A stretch of 56,570 nt of DNA. Origin: Schmidtea nova. Taxonomy: Eukaryota. The notes below the pieces were generated by a model. It saw only the letters and a program-made list of their open reading frames with translations, had not been told where the DNA came from and ran no database searches. Below are positions 9,136-22,993 of this stretch, piece by piece. A program made the position numbers and the translations under genes. How positions within the stretch are numbered: the first letter of the stretch is position 1; each line of letters begins with the position of its first letter. The stretch spans positions 255,316,001 to 255,372,570 of the forward strand of contig CM097882.1 in NCBI GenBank assembly GCA_044892505.1. Direction: 5' to 3'.

Positions 9136-10280
9136 CTAAAATATTCATGATGACTGGTGTTTATAACTTTTTGAATTAACCATTCATTATAATTTGAACG
9201 AAAATAAATAATAAAAACTTCAACATCTATGTACACGAAATTTTTTTTTTACAATTTTTATATATTTTTGTATTTTTTTTCAAAACTACACTAACAGAGT
9301 ATTCAGCCATTTTTATACATATATTTTTATATTTTTATATTTTTATATTTTTATATTTTTATATTTTTAACTAACAGAATATTCAGCCATTTTTATACAT
9401 ATATTTTTATATTTTTATATTTTTTTTATATTTTTATATTTTTATAATTTTCTCCATTCGTCCATATTCCATATTTTTCGAATAATATAAATAAAATAAT
9501 CAGCCATTATGTACATAATTTTTATGATTTTTTATATATTTTTTTTTATATATACTAATATTTTCTACATAAAAAATAATTAAACATTTATTTACACAAT
9601 TTTTTCATGATTTTTACACTTTTTATCAATTTTAAAATAATTATATTTTTATTCACAGTATTCGCAACCTTTTGGTAATTTTTCGTTTACTGAAAGCAAT
9701 TTTTATATACTCGAATATTTATTTTCTAAGTGATTTGCGTGAACTCTATCCCGTATCGTATGATCATATAACATTTCCTTTTATCAGGTTCCTAATTTTG
9801 TGCATCTCAAAATTTTCGTATTTGCGCTAAGTCTCACGTTTTCTTGTCTGATTCTGTATCATTATATTCGTTTTTAAGATGTTGTTAAATATTATTTTAT
9901 GATTTCTAAAGATTTTAGAGTTATTCCCGATTTCGATTTCTGAATTGAGTTGCGATCATCATTCCAATATCACCATGCATCATTCCGACTTCAACAAGCT
10001 AATCTTTCCCAACATTCAAACTTCAAACTCATTAGACTATATCATTCATTCTCCACCGGTATTATTATATTAATTAAAACAAACAATTCACGCATTGCTC
10101 CATTTTCGCCGTTATTTCTTTTAGACCCGATACTTTCCATGTCCCCTTTTGCCAACAAAACAAAATTACAGGGGTCATACCTCAGTCATTCTCAATCAAC
10201 CAAAATAACACCAATATCGTCAGTAATAATAATGACATCAACAGTACACTCATGATAATAACAGTAACAATAATAATACC

Positions 10281-10345
<65 letters not shown>
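10281..10345. repeat. (AAT)n microsatellite
   Basis: Direct reading; lies just before an assembly gap. Confidence 0.9.
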
Positions 10346-10346
<1 letters not shown>

Positions 10347-10380
10347 TTTAATAATTATACCAAGATGCTAGTAGTACTAC

Positions 10381-10516
10381 NNNNNNNNNNNNNNNNNNNN
10401 NNNNNNNNNNNNNNNNNNNNNNNNNNNNNNNNNNNNNNNNNNNNNNNNNNNNNNNNNNNNNNNNNNNNNNNNNNNNNNNNNNNNNNNNNNNNNNNNNNNN
10501 NNNNNNNNNNNNNNNT
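10381..10516. other. Assembly gap (N run)
   Basis: Ns. Confidence 1.
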
Positions 10517-11179
10517 TACCCAATATGTTTTCTTATATATTATTACGTAATAATTATAATAAGAATATAATAACTCAGTCTTATTTTTATATTATTTGAC
10601 CAAATTACGGTTTCTACTGTTAAAATGATAATAATAATAATTCTGATATCTATACGATCATTAATACTCAGTGTTACTGCTTTCTTGGATCAAAATTTCG
10701 TAATTTCTTCAATTTTTTAATTTCTTAGCGGCGATTTTCTACACTTTTTGCGGATTCCGGTGTCATATTCTATCTTTCGAGGTATTTTCCACTTGCCGGT
10801 GCTGCGTACTCACTTTCTACGCTCTATGGACGTTATTTGAACCATTTTACGATTATTGGTTGTTCGTGGGATTTATTTGTCGCGATTTGGTATTTTGACT
10901 ATTTTACCCGTGATTTTCTTAGACTTTTGACCCATTCCGGCTCAACTTTTTATCCTATGCTATGTTTGATGTTTATTCATATTAAAGACACTTATTCTAC
11001 GCTCTGTAGTTATTATTCGTTCTCAATTTCGATCATTGACTGCTCCTGGGGCTTAAAAATCGCGTTTTGGCTTTCAATTTTATCATTTTCGCGGTGATTC
11101 TGTTTGAAATTTTCTCGATTTTTTCCGATTTTTCGATTTAAATCTCGTTTAAAATGCTATTTATGATTCCAATCATAAT

Positions 11180-11443
11180 NNNNNNNNNNNNNNNNNNNNN
11201 NNNNNNNNNNNNNNNNNNNNNNNNNNNNNNNNNNNNNNNNNNNNNNNNNNNNNNNNNNNNNNNNNNNNNNNNNNNNNNNNNNNNNNNNNNNNNNNNNNNN
11301 NNNNNNNNNNNNNNNNNNNNNNNNNNNNNNNNNNNNNNNNNNNNNNNNNNNNNNNNNNNNNNNNNNNNNNNNNNNNNNNNNNNNNNNNNNNNNNNNNNNN
11401 NNNNNNNNNNNNNNNNNNNNNNNNNNNNNNNNNNNNNNNNNNN
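11180..11443. other. Assembly gap (N run)
   Basis: Ns. Confidence 1.
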
Positions 11444-11605
11444 ATCAAACATAATTTTCCGCTGTTTGTGTCAAAGTTTTATTTAACAGTTTGTTGATAT
11501 TTTATGAAAACTTTCATTAAATCTCGCGCGAACTCGTTTAGTTGTTTTTCGATTTTTTCAAGCAAAACAAACTCAAATCCCGGCTGAGCCCCCAAATTTT
11601 TATAT

Positions 11606-11841
11606 GGTGGGTTGTTGATCGTCAATATGACCTTGACGTTTCTATGGCTCTCATCAACAACTCAACACATAAAACATTTAAACTACCATCTTGTTACCCG
11701 TCACTATGTAACGTTGGTACTGTAACAAGTGGGTGGGTATTCGCAATCAGTGAGCGTCGTCAATACGAAACTATGATTGACCGAATATCTCCTGGGTCCA
11801 AGGGCTACCGATAGAAGGTTTAATGCCCATTTTGTCCCTCC
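11606..11841 (-). repeat. Conserved block A, copy 1 (inverted relative to 25881-26116 and 26426-26648)
   Basis: Reverse complement matches GGAGGGACAAAATGGGCAT...GATCAACAACCCACC with few substitutions. Confidence 0.95.
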
Positions 11842-12899
11842 TTTAATGATTGATCTATAAGCATTCAACAAAATTTTATCGGAAATTCAACATAAACACT
11901 CTACACAACTATAAATTCATTATTGCATCCAACTAAATTATTTCGAGCATCAAAAACACTAATATAACCCTATTTTTACCAATATTGCATTTTATGATAA
12001 TTAATACATAAAATATTATATTTTTATAGAAAAATTTTAATCTGCATTTGAAATTTAAGAAAAATTTTAATTATTACCGTAATTTAATCCAGTTAAGAAA
12101 TAATAAAAATAAAATTTCCGTTTGTTTAAAATTGCTAATTTAATCAAAAGGACAAATTTACTCAATTTAAAAATCATATTAATTTTAAATGTAATTTTCT
12201 GAATTTTTCAATAAATTGATAAATTAACAATTTCTATAGTTCAGATCAACAAGAAATGGACCTCTCCAGAAACTACGAAACCAGAGGAAAATTCTCCCAC
12301 CCCAAACGGGTCAATCCAATTAGAACTCGAGCTCCTATGAAGCAAAATAGCCCGCTCTACCAACCAAGTAAAATTTTGATTATTTCAGAATTATAATTTA
12401 TTTTGAACAATTTTAGAAAATTTCTTGAAGAGAATATGTTGGAACTGGCCCTTCAAGCATTGTAAACCGGAAAAAATCCTTGCCGGGGACTCTTATCCCT
12501 CAAACTGAATTTTTATCAATAAATCTTTAGATAAAAATTTTTTTCGTCTTTACTCTTTTTCGTTTGAGTTTTTATTATTTTTATGAAATTTTTGTAAATT
12601 AAAAATAAACTGTAATGTAAATGGCCTATTTGGCTGGGTAAATTCAATTTTATATGGTAGGTTTGAATGATAGAAATTTTTGTATGGTTTTTCTGGATGT
12701 ATGTTGCCGACTAACATAACTGTGTAGAATTTTCAGTATGGTTTGCTTGTGTGTATATAACTATTGAATGCTAATAAATGGTACTGTGTATGTGTGTATA
12801 TTGTATTTTAAATATATGTTGCTTGTGTATTAGTATGGGAAATGTTATTGAATGAAATGGATGTAATATTTTGCAAATAGGGATGCATTATGATTTTTG

Positions 12900-13030
12900 N
12901 NNNNNNNNNNNNNNNNNNNNNNNNNNNNNNNNNNNNNNNNNNNNNNNNNNNNNNNNNNNNNNNNNNNNNNNNNNNNNNNNNNNNNNNNNNNNNNNNNNNN
13001 NNNNNNNNNNNNNNNNNNNNNNNNNNNNNN
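12900..13030. other. Assembly gap (N run)
   Basis: Ns. Confidence 1.
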
Positions 13031-13907
13031 NAATTTTTATGAAGTAATATAATAATAAAATTTCCAATTTTTATATTATAAATTTTTATAATACTTTTTA
13101 TAAATTTTAAATTTATAATTTTATGAAAATAATATAATAATAAAATTTCTAGTTTTTATAATATATATTTTTATATTCGAATTTTTATATTTTAAGTATA
13201 TATATATATATATATAGTAAAAAATTTTTCCTATAAAATTTTAAATTTTGGATTTTTTAAAATGATAAAATTTTCAATATAATAATAACATTTTCGATTT
13301 AAAATTTTTATGGGTTTCAATATAAGTTTTGATTTATAAATTCTTAGGAATTTTATAAAATGACAAAATCTTTTATATCATAACAATATTCGGAGAATTT
13401 TTGGTTTACAATTTTTCATTATAAAAATTTTTTCAATATAATAAAAAGTAAATTTTTATTTTTTGATCGAAACGAAATCCACATCATAATAAATTTCTCA
13501 TCCATAGATTTCGAAATCTAAATAAGCATTTAATCTAAAAATTTTTATATGCTAAATAAAAATAAAATAAAAAATAAGTTATAAATTTTTCAACGAAATT
13601 TTTTCGACATCGAGTAAAGTTAATTTCGGTTTCCTTGTTATTCCATCGGATTTGAGCATTAATTCGAACGATTTACTTTTTGATATCGGTTTTTAATATT
13701 CTGGCTCTTGGATGAGAAGAAAATTATTGTGAAGGTGAAGGCGAAGGACGAGTAAAATGTTTTTGCATAATTATTTTTCCTAATGGAAAAGATGTTGCTG
13801 GAGAGATTGGTTTTCACGTTTTCATGTAGTATTAATTTTCAATATATTAAAAATTATAAATTCGGATAAGCTACATTTATTATAAATAAATATCATTAAT
13901 ATAACAC

Positions 13908-14085
13908 CTTGCCTTGGGCCAAGCCACTGTTCCCCAGTTGGGATGAAGTGATCTTGGATGGTTAGGCTATTCACCTGAACTCGGACAATGGACTGATCGA
14001 TTTACGTATCGAACCAGCGATCCGCTCAGGCTACTTCCACCCGATCGGCGCAAGGCCAGACACAGGCTTCAGGGGGTAAGGAAGT
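13908..14085 (-). repeat. GC-rich conserved block B, copy 1
   Basis: Inverted copy at 17838-18015; much higher GC than the flanks and by eye better conserved than them. Confidence 0.95.
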
Positions 14086-16404
14086 AAAAAAAAAATTAAT
14101 ATTTTTTATTTATTTATTCTCTTTATAATATATATTATTGTGACTTTAAACGGCAATTTGCGACAAACAAAAATTAAAAAATTAAAAGTAAATATTTTAA
14201 TATTCAATAACGATAGCATAATAATAATAATATAAAAATTATAAAAACATTATCGGTACGGGGAAATCGAACAGGCATGGTGTTCGATGACCCCGCGCCA
14301 ACAAAAGAATAAGACTTACGAATAAATTTAGAGGTCTTCTTGCATAAAATTTTAAAAAATTTTTTTTTCACAAATTCTGAATAGATTCCATTTTGATGGC
14401 GGTATATATACCGTCGATTTTCGTCACCTTCACCAGTGTAATAAAACAAATTGTTCTAGAATTTTCCATTTAATTTTTTCTAAATTAATTCTAATGATTT
14501 TCCGAAAATTAAATCCATATTTTTGTGTAATAATTTTTTACAAAACACAAATAATTTATTTTAATCCAAAATTTTTATTTTTGAATCGAAATTTGTTCGA
14601 TTTAATTTAATTTACGATATTTCAATCAATATTAATTCTTTTTATTGTTAATGTGAAATATTTTGCTAACATCACAATTTTCGGCTAAAATTCTGTTAAT
14701 TTTTTCTGCATGAAGGTTTTATAACACAATTCCGTTGTTTATGGGTATTTTCAATGGGTTTTCCGCCTTATTCTAACTTTTAAACGTTCTTCTTTTGATG
14801 GTATTTGATTTTTCTCGAGGTTTCAATGTAAGAGCTCTCAGACTCACAGCTAGCGCGTTCTCTACTGGTTGATGTGTTGTGAGTTCACTTCACCTTTTGT
14901 TGTTTTTCACTTAATTGCTTGGATTTTTAATGGGTTTTTGGGTTAAAACTGAATCTTGCGCGCTCTCTACCTATGAGGTTATCGTTTGTTTAAAACAATT
15001 TGTGGTTTTTGCCCAACATTTCCTAGAATTAGACAAATTATTTTATATATACATAACCATCATTTTATAATTTAACCCTTCCAAAAATAATCCTTATAAA
15101 CCTTCCTTGCAAAATACTACATCCATTCCATTCAATAACATCATCCATATCTAATAACACATAAAAAAACTTATTTATCTATAATACACACACTACATCA
15201 TTTAATTCAATAACACCTATCTGCATCATACATCCAGAAATTCTCATAAGCACTCAATATAACCCATTTATCACTAAATTATTTATTTCATCCAGCATAC
15301 AATCACATGCAACCATCACAATAGGAGAATTTATCTCAAATGGACAATAGTTTATACGCACGCATTTGTAGCCACCACATTCCACTTCACCAAAACGTAT
15401 CACATACCTCATCCATACATTTTCATCATAAATCAGAATCCTTTACTTCACAATTTCCACAGATCAATGTAACCAACAGTTCATATTCGCTTTTCACATT
15501 ATACCATAAACATTTAATGATATCACACGAATAATCTACATTGACTAATTTATCAAATCTTTAGTATTCAAACAGAACTAACGAAATGCTTCGCGCCTAT
15601 TTATTAGCCATTTTAAATAGAAATTTTTTTTATTTTTAATCACATCTACGTAACTGTATAAGATACATGAAATTTTGAAAAATTTGAGAAAATTGTAAAA
15701 TTTTATTAACTACAAAATTTTTGAATCACCACTACTACATGTAATATCTCTTGCATCGACATAACGATTCAAAATGAAAAATTAAATATCCATCAAAGAG
15801 AACCAAGCAACATGTAGATCCATTAATTCCTTGGAGCTGGGCGTGAATTCAAATAGATTGATCCGTCGTTATAAGATGACTTGGCTGTATAAAATCGACG
15901 CGTAAAATATGACATAATCATATTACGAACTTACATTAAATTGTTTTGAGGGAAATAATTGACGAACTCGAGGATATCCGTGAAAGAAAATTGAACTGTC
16001 TCGGTTGATTCTGAGAATACGAAGCCTAAAGTTCAACAAGGTGGATTGAAATTATAAATAAGGAAAAGTAAATAATACTAAATTCAATTACTCGAATGAG
16101 AAGAAGCGATTGGGAATGTTTGAATTTTCTGCCTAAAAACTAACACCTAAAATCAATAAAATATAATATAGGAAACAATATTACTATACTGGGATTCGAC
16201 CAATTAGATTTCATTAATTTTGGTTTCCGTCTGGCAATATAGAGTTTTGAAAAAGTTAAATGCAAATTATCTTGGAAAAAAACGAAAAAGGCGTGTAAGA
16301 ATTAAATTCCTAATGTAATATTTCACTTAGAATTTTAAAATAAAATAACATTTTAATTTTAGGTAGAAATTTAAAGGTAAAATTAATATAATATTGGTAG
16401 AACC

Positions 16405-16672
16405 GTAACCGTTGCCAAGTTGTCAAGGCCTCGGCAAATTTTTGAAAATTAAAAAATTAAAGTTTTAGTAAAATTATAAATAGATACATAAAGCAAGATA
16501 GACATTAGATATAGGGGAACAATAAAGTTTAGTTAAATTTACTAACACAATAATATAGAAATTTAAAAAATCAGGAAAATAATAGTAGTTTAGTCAAAAT
16601 CAACAGAAATCAAATACCCCGAATATATGTGTTGATAAAAGATTATTCGACCCCAAAATTGAGATGGTGATA
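16405..16672 (+). repeat. Diverged direct repeat of 24454-24723
   Basis: Shared GTAACCGTTG..TTGTCAAGGCCTCG, TAAAGCAAGATAGACATTAG and TCAAATACCCCGAAT in the same order. Confidence 0.85.
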
Positions 16673-17837
16673 TTATGTTTGAGTATGAGCTTGAGAATAA
16701 ACTAAAATTTGTGAATATGTTTGTGTCTGTTGATAATATAATGTATAGTGATTGTGTTGGGCAAAAACTACAAATTGTTTTAATAAAGCGATAACCCCAT
16801 AGGTAGAGAGTGCGCAAGATTCCATTTTAACCCAAGCAACCATTAAAAATCCAAACGATTAAGTGGAAAACACCAAAAGGTGAAGTGGACTCAAAACACA
16901 TCAAGCAGTAGAGAACGCGCTAGATGTGAGTCTGAAAGCCCTTACACTGAAACCTCGAGAAAAATCAAATGCCATCAAAAGAAGAACGTTTGAAAATTAG
17001 AATAGGCGGAAAACCCATTGAAAATACTCATAAAAAACGAAATTGTGTTATAAAACCTTCAGTGCAGTAAAAATTAAAAAAATTTTTTAGCCGAAAATTG
17101 TGATTTTATCAAAATATTTCACATTAACAATAAAAAGAACTAATATTGATAGAAATATCGTAAATTAAATCAAATCGAACAAATTTCGATTCAAAAATAA
17201 AAATTTTAAATTAAAATAAATTATTTGTGTTTTATAAAAAATTATTACACAAAAATATGGATTTAATTTTCGGAAAATCATTAGAATTAAATTAGAAAAA
17301 TTAAAAAGAAAATTCTGGAACAATTTGTTTTACTACACTAGTGAAGGTAACGCAAAATCTATGGTATATATACGGCCATCAAAATGGCAATAATCAGAAT
17401 TGGTGGAAGTTTTTGTCGTAATTCAAAATTTTGCAGAATTTAAATTTTTAATTTGTGAAAAATTTGTAACCAGAGAAGTATTACTTGATCCTGAAATATT
17501 ATCCCGCATCGTGGAACATTAATGTAAGGAGTTATTTTTATTTATTTTTTTGGATGAGATCATCAGTCGTCATGCCCGTTGATCATCTCATGCCCAGTAT
17601 TTTGGTTATCTTTATATTTATTTATTTATTTATTTATTATTGATTTAGTTTATTTATATGAAATATCAATTTTTTAGATTGAATTAATTATTCCATTGAA
17701 TTATTACTTATTGAAATTTATACGAAAATGTTAATTTTATATGTTTTTATCAAGATACTGTCACAAATACCCATATTAGATTAATATTTATTTTAAAATA
17801 TAGGCTGTAGAAAGAGAAGAATAACTAATTTTTTTTT

Positions 17838-18015
17838 GCTTCCATACCCCCTGAAACCTGTTTCTGGCCTTGTGCCGAGCGGGTGGAAGTAGCCTGAGCG
17901 GATCGCTGGTTCGATTCGTAATCGATCAGCCCATATTTCCGAGTCCAGGTGAATAGCCCAAACATCCATGATCACTTCATCCCAACTGGGGAACAGTGGC
18001 TTGGCCAAGAGCAAG
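17838..18015 (+). repeat. GC-rich conserved block B, copy 2
   Basis: Reverse complement of 13908-14085. Confidence 0.95.
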
Positions 18016-18377
18016 TTGTTATACTAATGATATTTGATTTATAATAATGTAGTTTATCTGAATTTATAATTCTAACATATTCATAATTAAAGATTGATAC
18101 CACATATAAACGTAAGGACGATTTTCTCCAGTAATGCCTTTTCCATTATGAAAAATAATTTGTGCAAGAATATTTTACTCGTCGTTCGCCTTCACTCTCA
18201 CAACAACTGTCATCTTATCCGAAAACGCAAGTAAAATGGAAGCTAATATTGAAAAGAGAATCGTTTGAAATAATGCTCAAAGCTGGTATAATGATCACGA
18301 AATGAAACGAATTGTGAAGACAAGTATTGATTGATCTGAATTAAACCTCATTTATAGTCTAAATAATTTTCTCCAGT

Positions 18378-18541
18378 GAACCTTGTTTTCGGGAGCCTGA
18401 AGTTCCTAAGTAAAGCGTCTCGAAAAATTCACGCGCGCTTTAGTTGGGAAATTCATGCTCGAACGAAACCGAAGTTCATTTTACTCGATGTCGAAAAATA
18501 TTCATTGAAGAATTTATGACTTATTTTATTTTTATTCTTAT
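18378..18541 (+). repeat. 164-bp perfect direct repeat of 24890-25053
   Basis: No differences found by eye from GAACCTTGTTTTCGGGAGCC to TTTATTCTTAT. Confidence 0.95.
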
Positions 18542-18673
18542 TCAGTATATAAAAAAATTTTTAGATTGAATTCTTATTTGGATTGCGAAATTTGTGGATA
18601 AAAATTTATTATTTCGTTTTGATCAAAAAATAAAAACTTACTTTTATTATATTGCAAAAATTTTTATAATGAA

Positions 18674-18980
18674 CTAGTAAATCAAAAAAAAATTCTTTTT
18701 TCAAATCCATGCTTTATGCGAGCAGAACTCCACTTGGCTGAGAAATTTTTTTTTGTTATATTTTGTAAAGGGAAAATTACATTTTTCGTGTGTCCTCAAA
18801 AAAAATTTTTAAAAAAAATTTGTTTTCAAATTTTTTTCCATTTCCATGTATTGTCACCGGAAGTGAGCAAGTGTGCAAAATTTGAAGTGAATCGGTTGAG
18901 AGAAAAGCACTAAAAAATTGATTTGTAATTTTGTGGCACACACATATATATATAGAAAGCAACCTTATATAAAGCATGGA
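18674..18980 (-). mobile_element. Non-autonomous Helitron/Helentron-like element
   Basis: Minus strand starts TC and ends CTAG; 12-bp inverted repeat TCCATGCTTTAT (18706-18717) / ATAAAGCATGGA (18969-18980); (CA)/(TA) microsatellite; no TSD. The empty T-rich site is seen in the paralogous arm near 13405-13420. Confidence 0.65.
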
Positions 18981-19474
18981 AAAATTGTAAACCAAAAAAT
19001 TTTCCTAAGAATTTATAAATCAAAACTTATATTGAAACCCATAAAAATTGTAAATCGAGAATATTATTAATATATTGAAAATTTTTATCATCTTGTAAAA
19101 TTCCAAATTCGAGATTTTATAGGAAAATTTTGCGATTAATATATATATATATATATATATTAAAATATTAAAATTTGAATTCAAAATGTATATTATACAA
19201 ATTTAGAAATTTTATTATTTTCATAAAATTATAAATTTAAAAATTTATAAAAATCATAATAAAAATATTATTATTATTTTAATTCTGAAAATATTTTATA
19301 TATAAATATATATTTCTTTATAAAATACCCCCCACGATATCTCAAAATCATAATGCATCCCTATTTGCTAAAACTTACATCCATTTCATTCATTAGTAAC
19401 GTTCACATATAACACCACATAAAAATCCATTCATTCATCAACACACATACTATATCGTTTCACTCAATAGTACC

Positions 19475-22400
19475 CAGCGGCGGAACTACTGGACGCAGGA
19501 CCCTGCGTTGCGGGGGGGCCTACCAGCTATAGGGGGCCCTCATATAAAAAAAATTATACCATCAATAATATTTATACTATAAAACTCTTTTCCGCAGGTC
19601 TAGTGGGCCCTAAAATATAAAACTTGGTTAAAAAAAATGTCATCCATCGTATTAAAATATATTGTTCAAAAATTTATTTTTGTATTGGAGTGCGTAGTTT
19701 ACATTTAAACGAAAAGTTTTAACCTTTTTAAAATTGCATACGCAATTGAGAAATAAAGTACGATTATCAGCTGCGAACTGCCAGATTTTATTGTATAGTT
19801 AATTTTTATACCGTTATGTTGTGTTTGTGTATGAATTAGACAATTAGACTGAATTCGGTAAAAGTAATAATTTGTTGCGTATAAATTTTTTTTAAACTGT
19901 AAGAAGTTCTTCAATTTATAAGTTCTTAGTTGCATATTCAATATTTTTAAAATATAAACAATATTATTTGTTATGTCGTTGCATATACAAATTAACTTTT
20001 AAATGTATGTTCTCATTTTCAATTTTATATTAAATCTTCCGTTGTATTAAGTTAACTTTTCATTTCTTATTTTATCTGAATTACTAGTGTCCAATTTATT
20101 TAATCGTGTTACGAATAATAAAGTATTGTTGCACGAGAGTTTATTACTTCACTGATATATTTAATAAAAGGTAATTAATAAATTTGTAATAATTAAAAAT
20201 TTTACAACAGGTACTGAATTTATAAATTTGTAATAATTTAGATTTTGACTCATAATAATGGAAAAGAAATTAAGTAGTACAAGCGGTGCAGCAAAAAGAA
20301 GAAAGTTAAAAGAAACAAAAGCTACTTTAGCTAAATTGCCGAAGCTAACAACGTTTTTGAAACCAATCGAAAAGCGAGCGGAAACGGAAGTGGAAAGTCA
20401 GAACTCTGCAGAAGTGGTATGTATAAATCAGTCAGTAGAACATGATGATATCGAAGAAAACATTGCTACTGGTAATAAAAATGTGAACGAAGAAGATGTG
20501 AATAGGTCTCCGAGAAACCACCGAAATGAAGACAAGGAAGATTCAAACTCTGATACGAATGACGCCATTGAACAAATTAATTTAGAAAAATCAAGTGAAT
20601 TATTTTCTACTGACATTGCAAATTTTCATGGTAAAATACTAACAAAAGATATTAAGAAAATAATTGTATTATCTGAATCGTGTCGGCCAAAAGGTCCTTT
20701 TATACGCAGCCCCTTGCAAGAAAACCGTAGGTTTTCCAAGGAATATTTTAAAACTACCACAAAATATGGATCTATTTTTTTTTTTTTTTTCTATTTGCTA
20801 TTCCCCAAAACTTGATGCCGTTTATTGCGAGCCTTGTTGGCTTTTCTCAGAAGAACGAAAAGCAAAGGATAACTGGCGTGAGCATGGTGTCAGAGATTGG
20901 CGTGGTCTTTCTAAAATAATTATAATTCACGAAAATAGTCAACAACATATATTTGCTTGTTGCATTTATGAAAAATGGCGACATAATGAAACAATTGATA
21001 AAAATATAGAAGAACAAATACGATACGAATCAAAATTTTGGGTGCAAGTCTTAGAGCGGATAGTAAATATAACATTAGCACTTTGTAAAAATTCTTTGGC
21101 TTTTCGTGGTCATCGTGAATCATTTGACAATGAATATAATGGTAATTTTTTAACCCAAGTTCAACTTTTAGCTAAATATGATAATTTTATGAAGCAAGTT
21201 TTGAGTATGCCAAATGGATCTATAAAATATTTAAGCCATCAAATTCAAAATGAAGTCATACATTGCCTTGCAACACATTTAAAAGCCACTCTTACTGCTG
21301 ATATTAATAGTTCACCTTTTTATTCAATTATAATGGATACAACACAAGATATTACTAAAAGAGATCAGCTCAGTCAAGTATTTAGATACGTAAAAATTAT
21401 TAAAAATGAAAAAGATGAAGCCACATCAATTGAAATTAAAGAAGTTTTCTTGGGATTCACGGAAATATATAACCACACTGCTGCTGGACTACATGAAGAA
21501 ATTTTAAATCTGTTAGAAAAACATCATATAAAATTAAGTAACTGCAGGGGTCAAGGTTATGATGGTGCGAACGTCATGAGTGGGATATACAATGGGGTTC
21601 AGGCCCTTTTTAAGAAAAATCAACCCAATGCTATGTATATGCATTGCGCAGCTCATAATTTAAATCTTGTTATTAACGATGCGGTTAAATGTTGTGTTGA
21701 AGTTGCTTCATTTTTTGTAATGCTAGAAGATGTGTATTCATTTTTCGGAAATAGCATAAACAGGTGGGATCTACTATCCAAATTTACAGGAGAATCACAA
21801 ATAACATTAAAAAGGTTAAATCCAACGCGATGGGCAGGACGATATACTTCTCTTTTCGCCGTTAAAATTCGCTTTCTTGATATAATGAAAGCTCTTTCCG
21901 AGATATCAATAACAAGTACAAAACGTGAAGAACGCGAAGAAGCAGTACGAATACAAAAAAATATGAGCAGTTTCGAATTTGTTTTTTTATGCGTGCTTTT
22001 GTCTAAAATCCTTAATGAGGTACATATACCATCAAAATTGCTGCAAACTAAAAATTTAGATCTTATGACAGCTTCAGGTTCTCTAGAAAATGCCAGCAAA
22101 AATTTAAAACAATATAGAAAGATGTTTGATTCAGCAAACTTGAAGCGGTAGAAATAGCGACTACGTGGCAGATTCCTGCAATATTTGTTCAAAAAAGAAG
22201 AAAAATTGTGAAAAGGCATTTTGACGAATTATCTACAGATCACCGTTTTGATAGTAGTGAGGAAATTTTTCGCATCAATATTTTTATAAAAATTTTGGAC
22301 GTCGTTATCAACCAACTCGACAATAGATTTAAAGGAATGCAAGAAGTGGTACAATTATTTTCCTGCATCCATCCAAATAAATTAATGGTAATGAAAGAAC

Positions 22401-22993
22401 GTGAGATCATAAGCTGTGCAGAAGCCATTCAGAGAAAATATAGTGAAGATATAACAACTGAATTTCCGCTGCAAATGGTTATGGTAAAGTCAATGCTTCA
22501 CGATGAAATATCAAAAATATCATCTATACGTGAATTGGCTGACCTTTTAATAGTAAAATTGTCAACTATAGCTGCAAGCGTTCCACAAGTGATAACAGCA
22601 TTGTTATTGTTTGTTACATTACCTGTTACTGTTGCATCAGCTGAACGTTCTTTTTCGAAACTTAAAATAATAAAAAATTATTTACGAAATACCATTGGTA
22701 AAGAATGTTTAAGCGACCTTGCAATACTTTCTATTGGGGCAAAAGCGGCTGGAAAAATGGAAATGAAAAACATCATTACCGATTTTGCCAATATGAAATC
22801 AAGGAGGAAAGATTTCACTATTTAAGTTCGGTTAAGTTTTAGTTTCGTTTTTAAGTTATGTTTATCTTTATTTAATTTTTTGTTTTTAAATATGATATAT
22901 GAAATAAATATCTATTTAATATGTGAAGCTTTATTTTTTTAAAAAAAAACATTCTTTTGCGGGGGGGGCCCAAATTTTGAAGTTCCGCCACTG
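19475..22993 (+). mobile_element. Full-length hAT DNA transposon (ZMYM1-like transposase type)
   Basis: TIRs CAGCGGCGGAACT (19475-19487) and AGTTCCGCCACTG (22981-22993), 12/13 match; perfect 8-bp TSD ATAGTACC (19467-19474, 22994-23001). Confidence 0.97.
20258..22825 (+). pseudogene. hAT transposase split by two frameshifts (poly-T run ~20776-20791 and ~22140-22150)
   Basis: IIMDTTQD, GQGYDGANVMSG, HCAAHNLNL, PTRWA and the dimerisation motif TLPVTVASAERSFSKLKIIK are spread over ORFs 20258, 20664 and 22208. Confidence 0.93.

Larger units (their letters stand above)
12660..15020 (-). repeat. Left arm of a large diverged inverted repeat (matches ~16755-19474 and 22994-23160)
   Basis: Collinear reverse-complement matches, e.g. 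14750-15020 vs 16755-17020, 13908-14085 vs 17838-18015, 13420-13630 vs 18470-18680, and GGGATGCATTATGATTTT (12880-12897) vs AAAATCATAATGCATCCC (19344-19361). Confidence 0.9.
16755..19474 (+). repeat. Right arm of the large inverted repeat (continues after the hAT insertion)
   Basis: See left arm; carries extra insertions at ~18300-18465 and 18674-18980. Confidence 0.9.

Noticed and set aside
10365-11486. ORFs made of X residues (also 46732-47035)
   Set aside because: They only span N gaps.
12259-12390. Short plus-strand ORF MDLSRNYETRG..
   Set aside because: Under 50 codons, with no splice or homology support.
17838-18015. tRNA, 5S rRNA, 7SL or hammerhead identity for block B (GGTTCGATTC, CCATACCCCCTGAA, GAGTCCAGG, CTGATCGA..CGAAC)
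   Set aside because: Only short motif resemblances; no cloverleaf, no SRP domain IV, wrong hammerhead core spacing.
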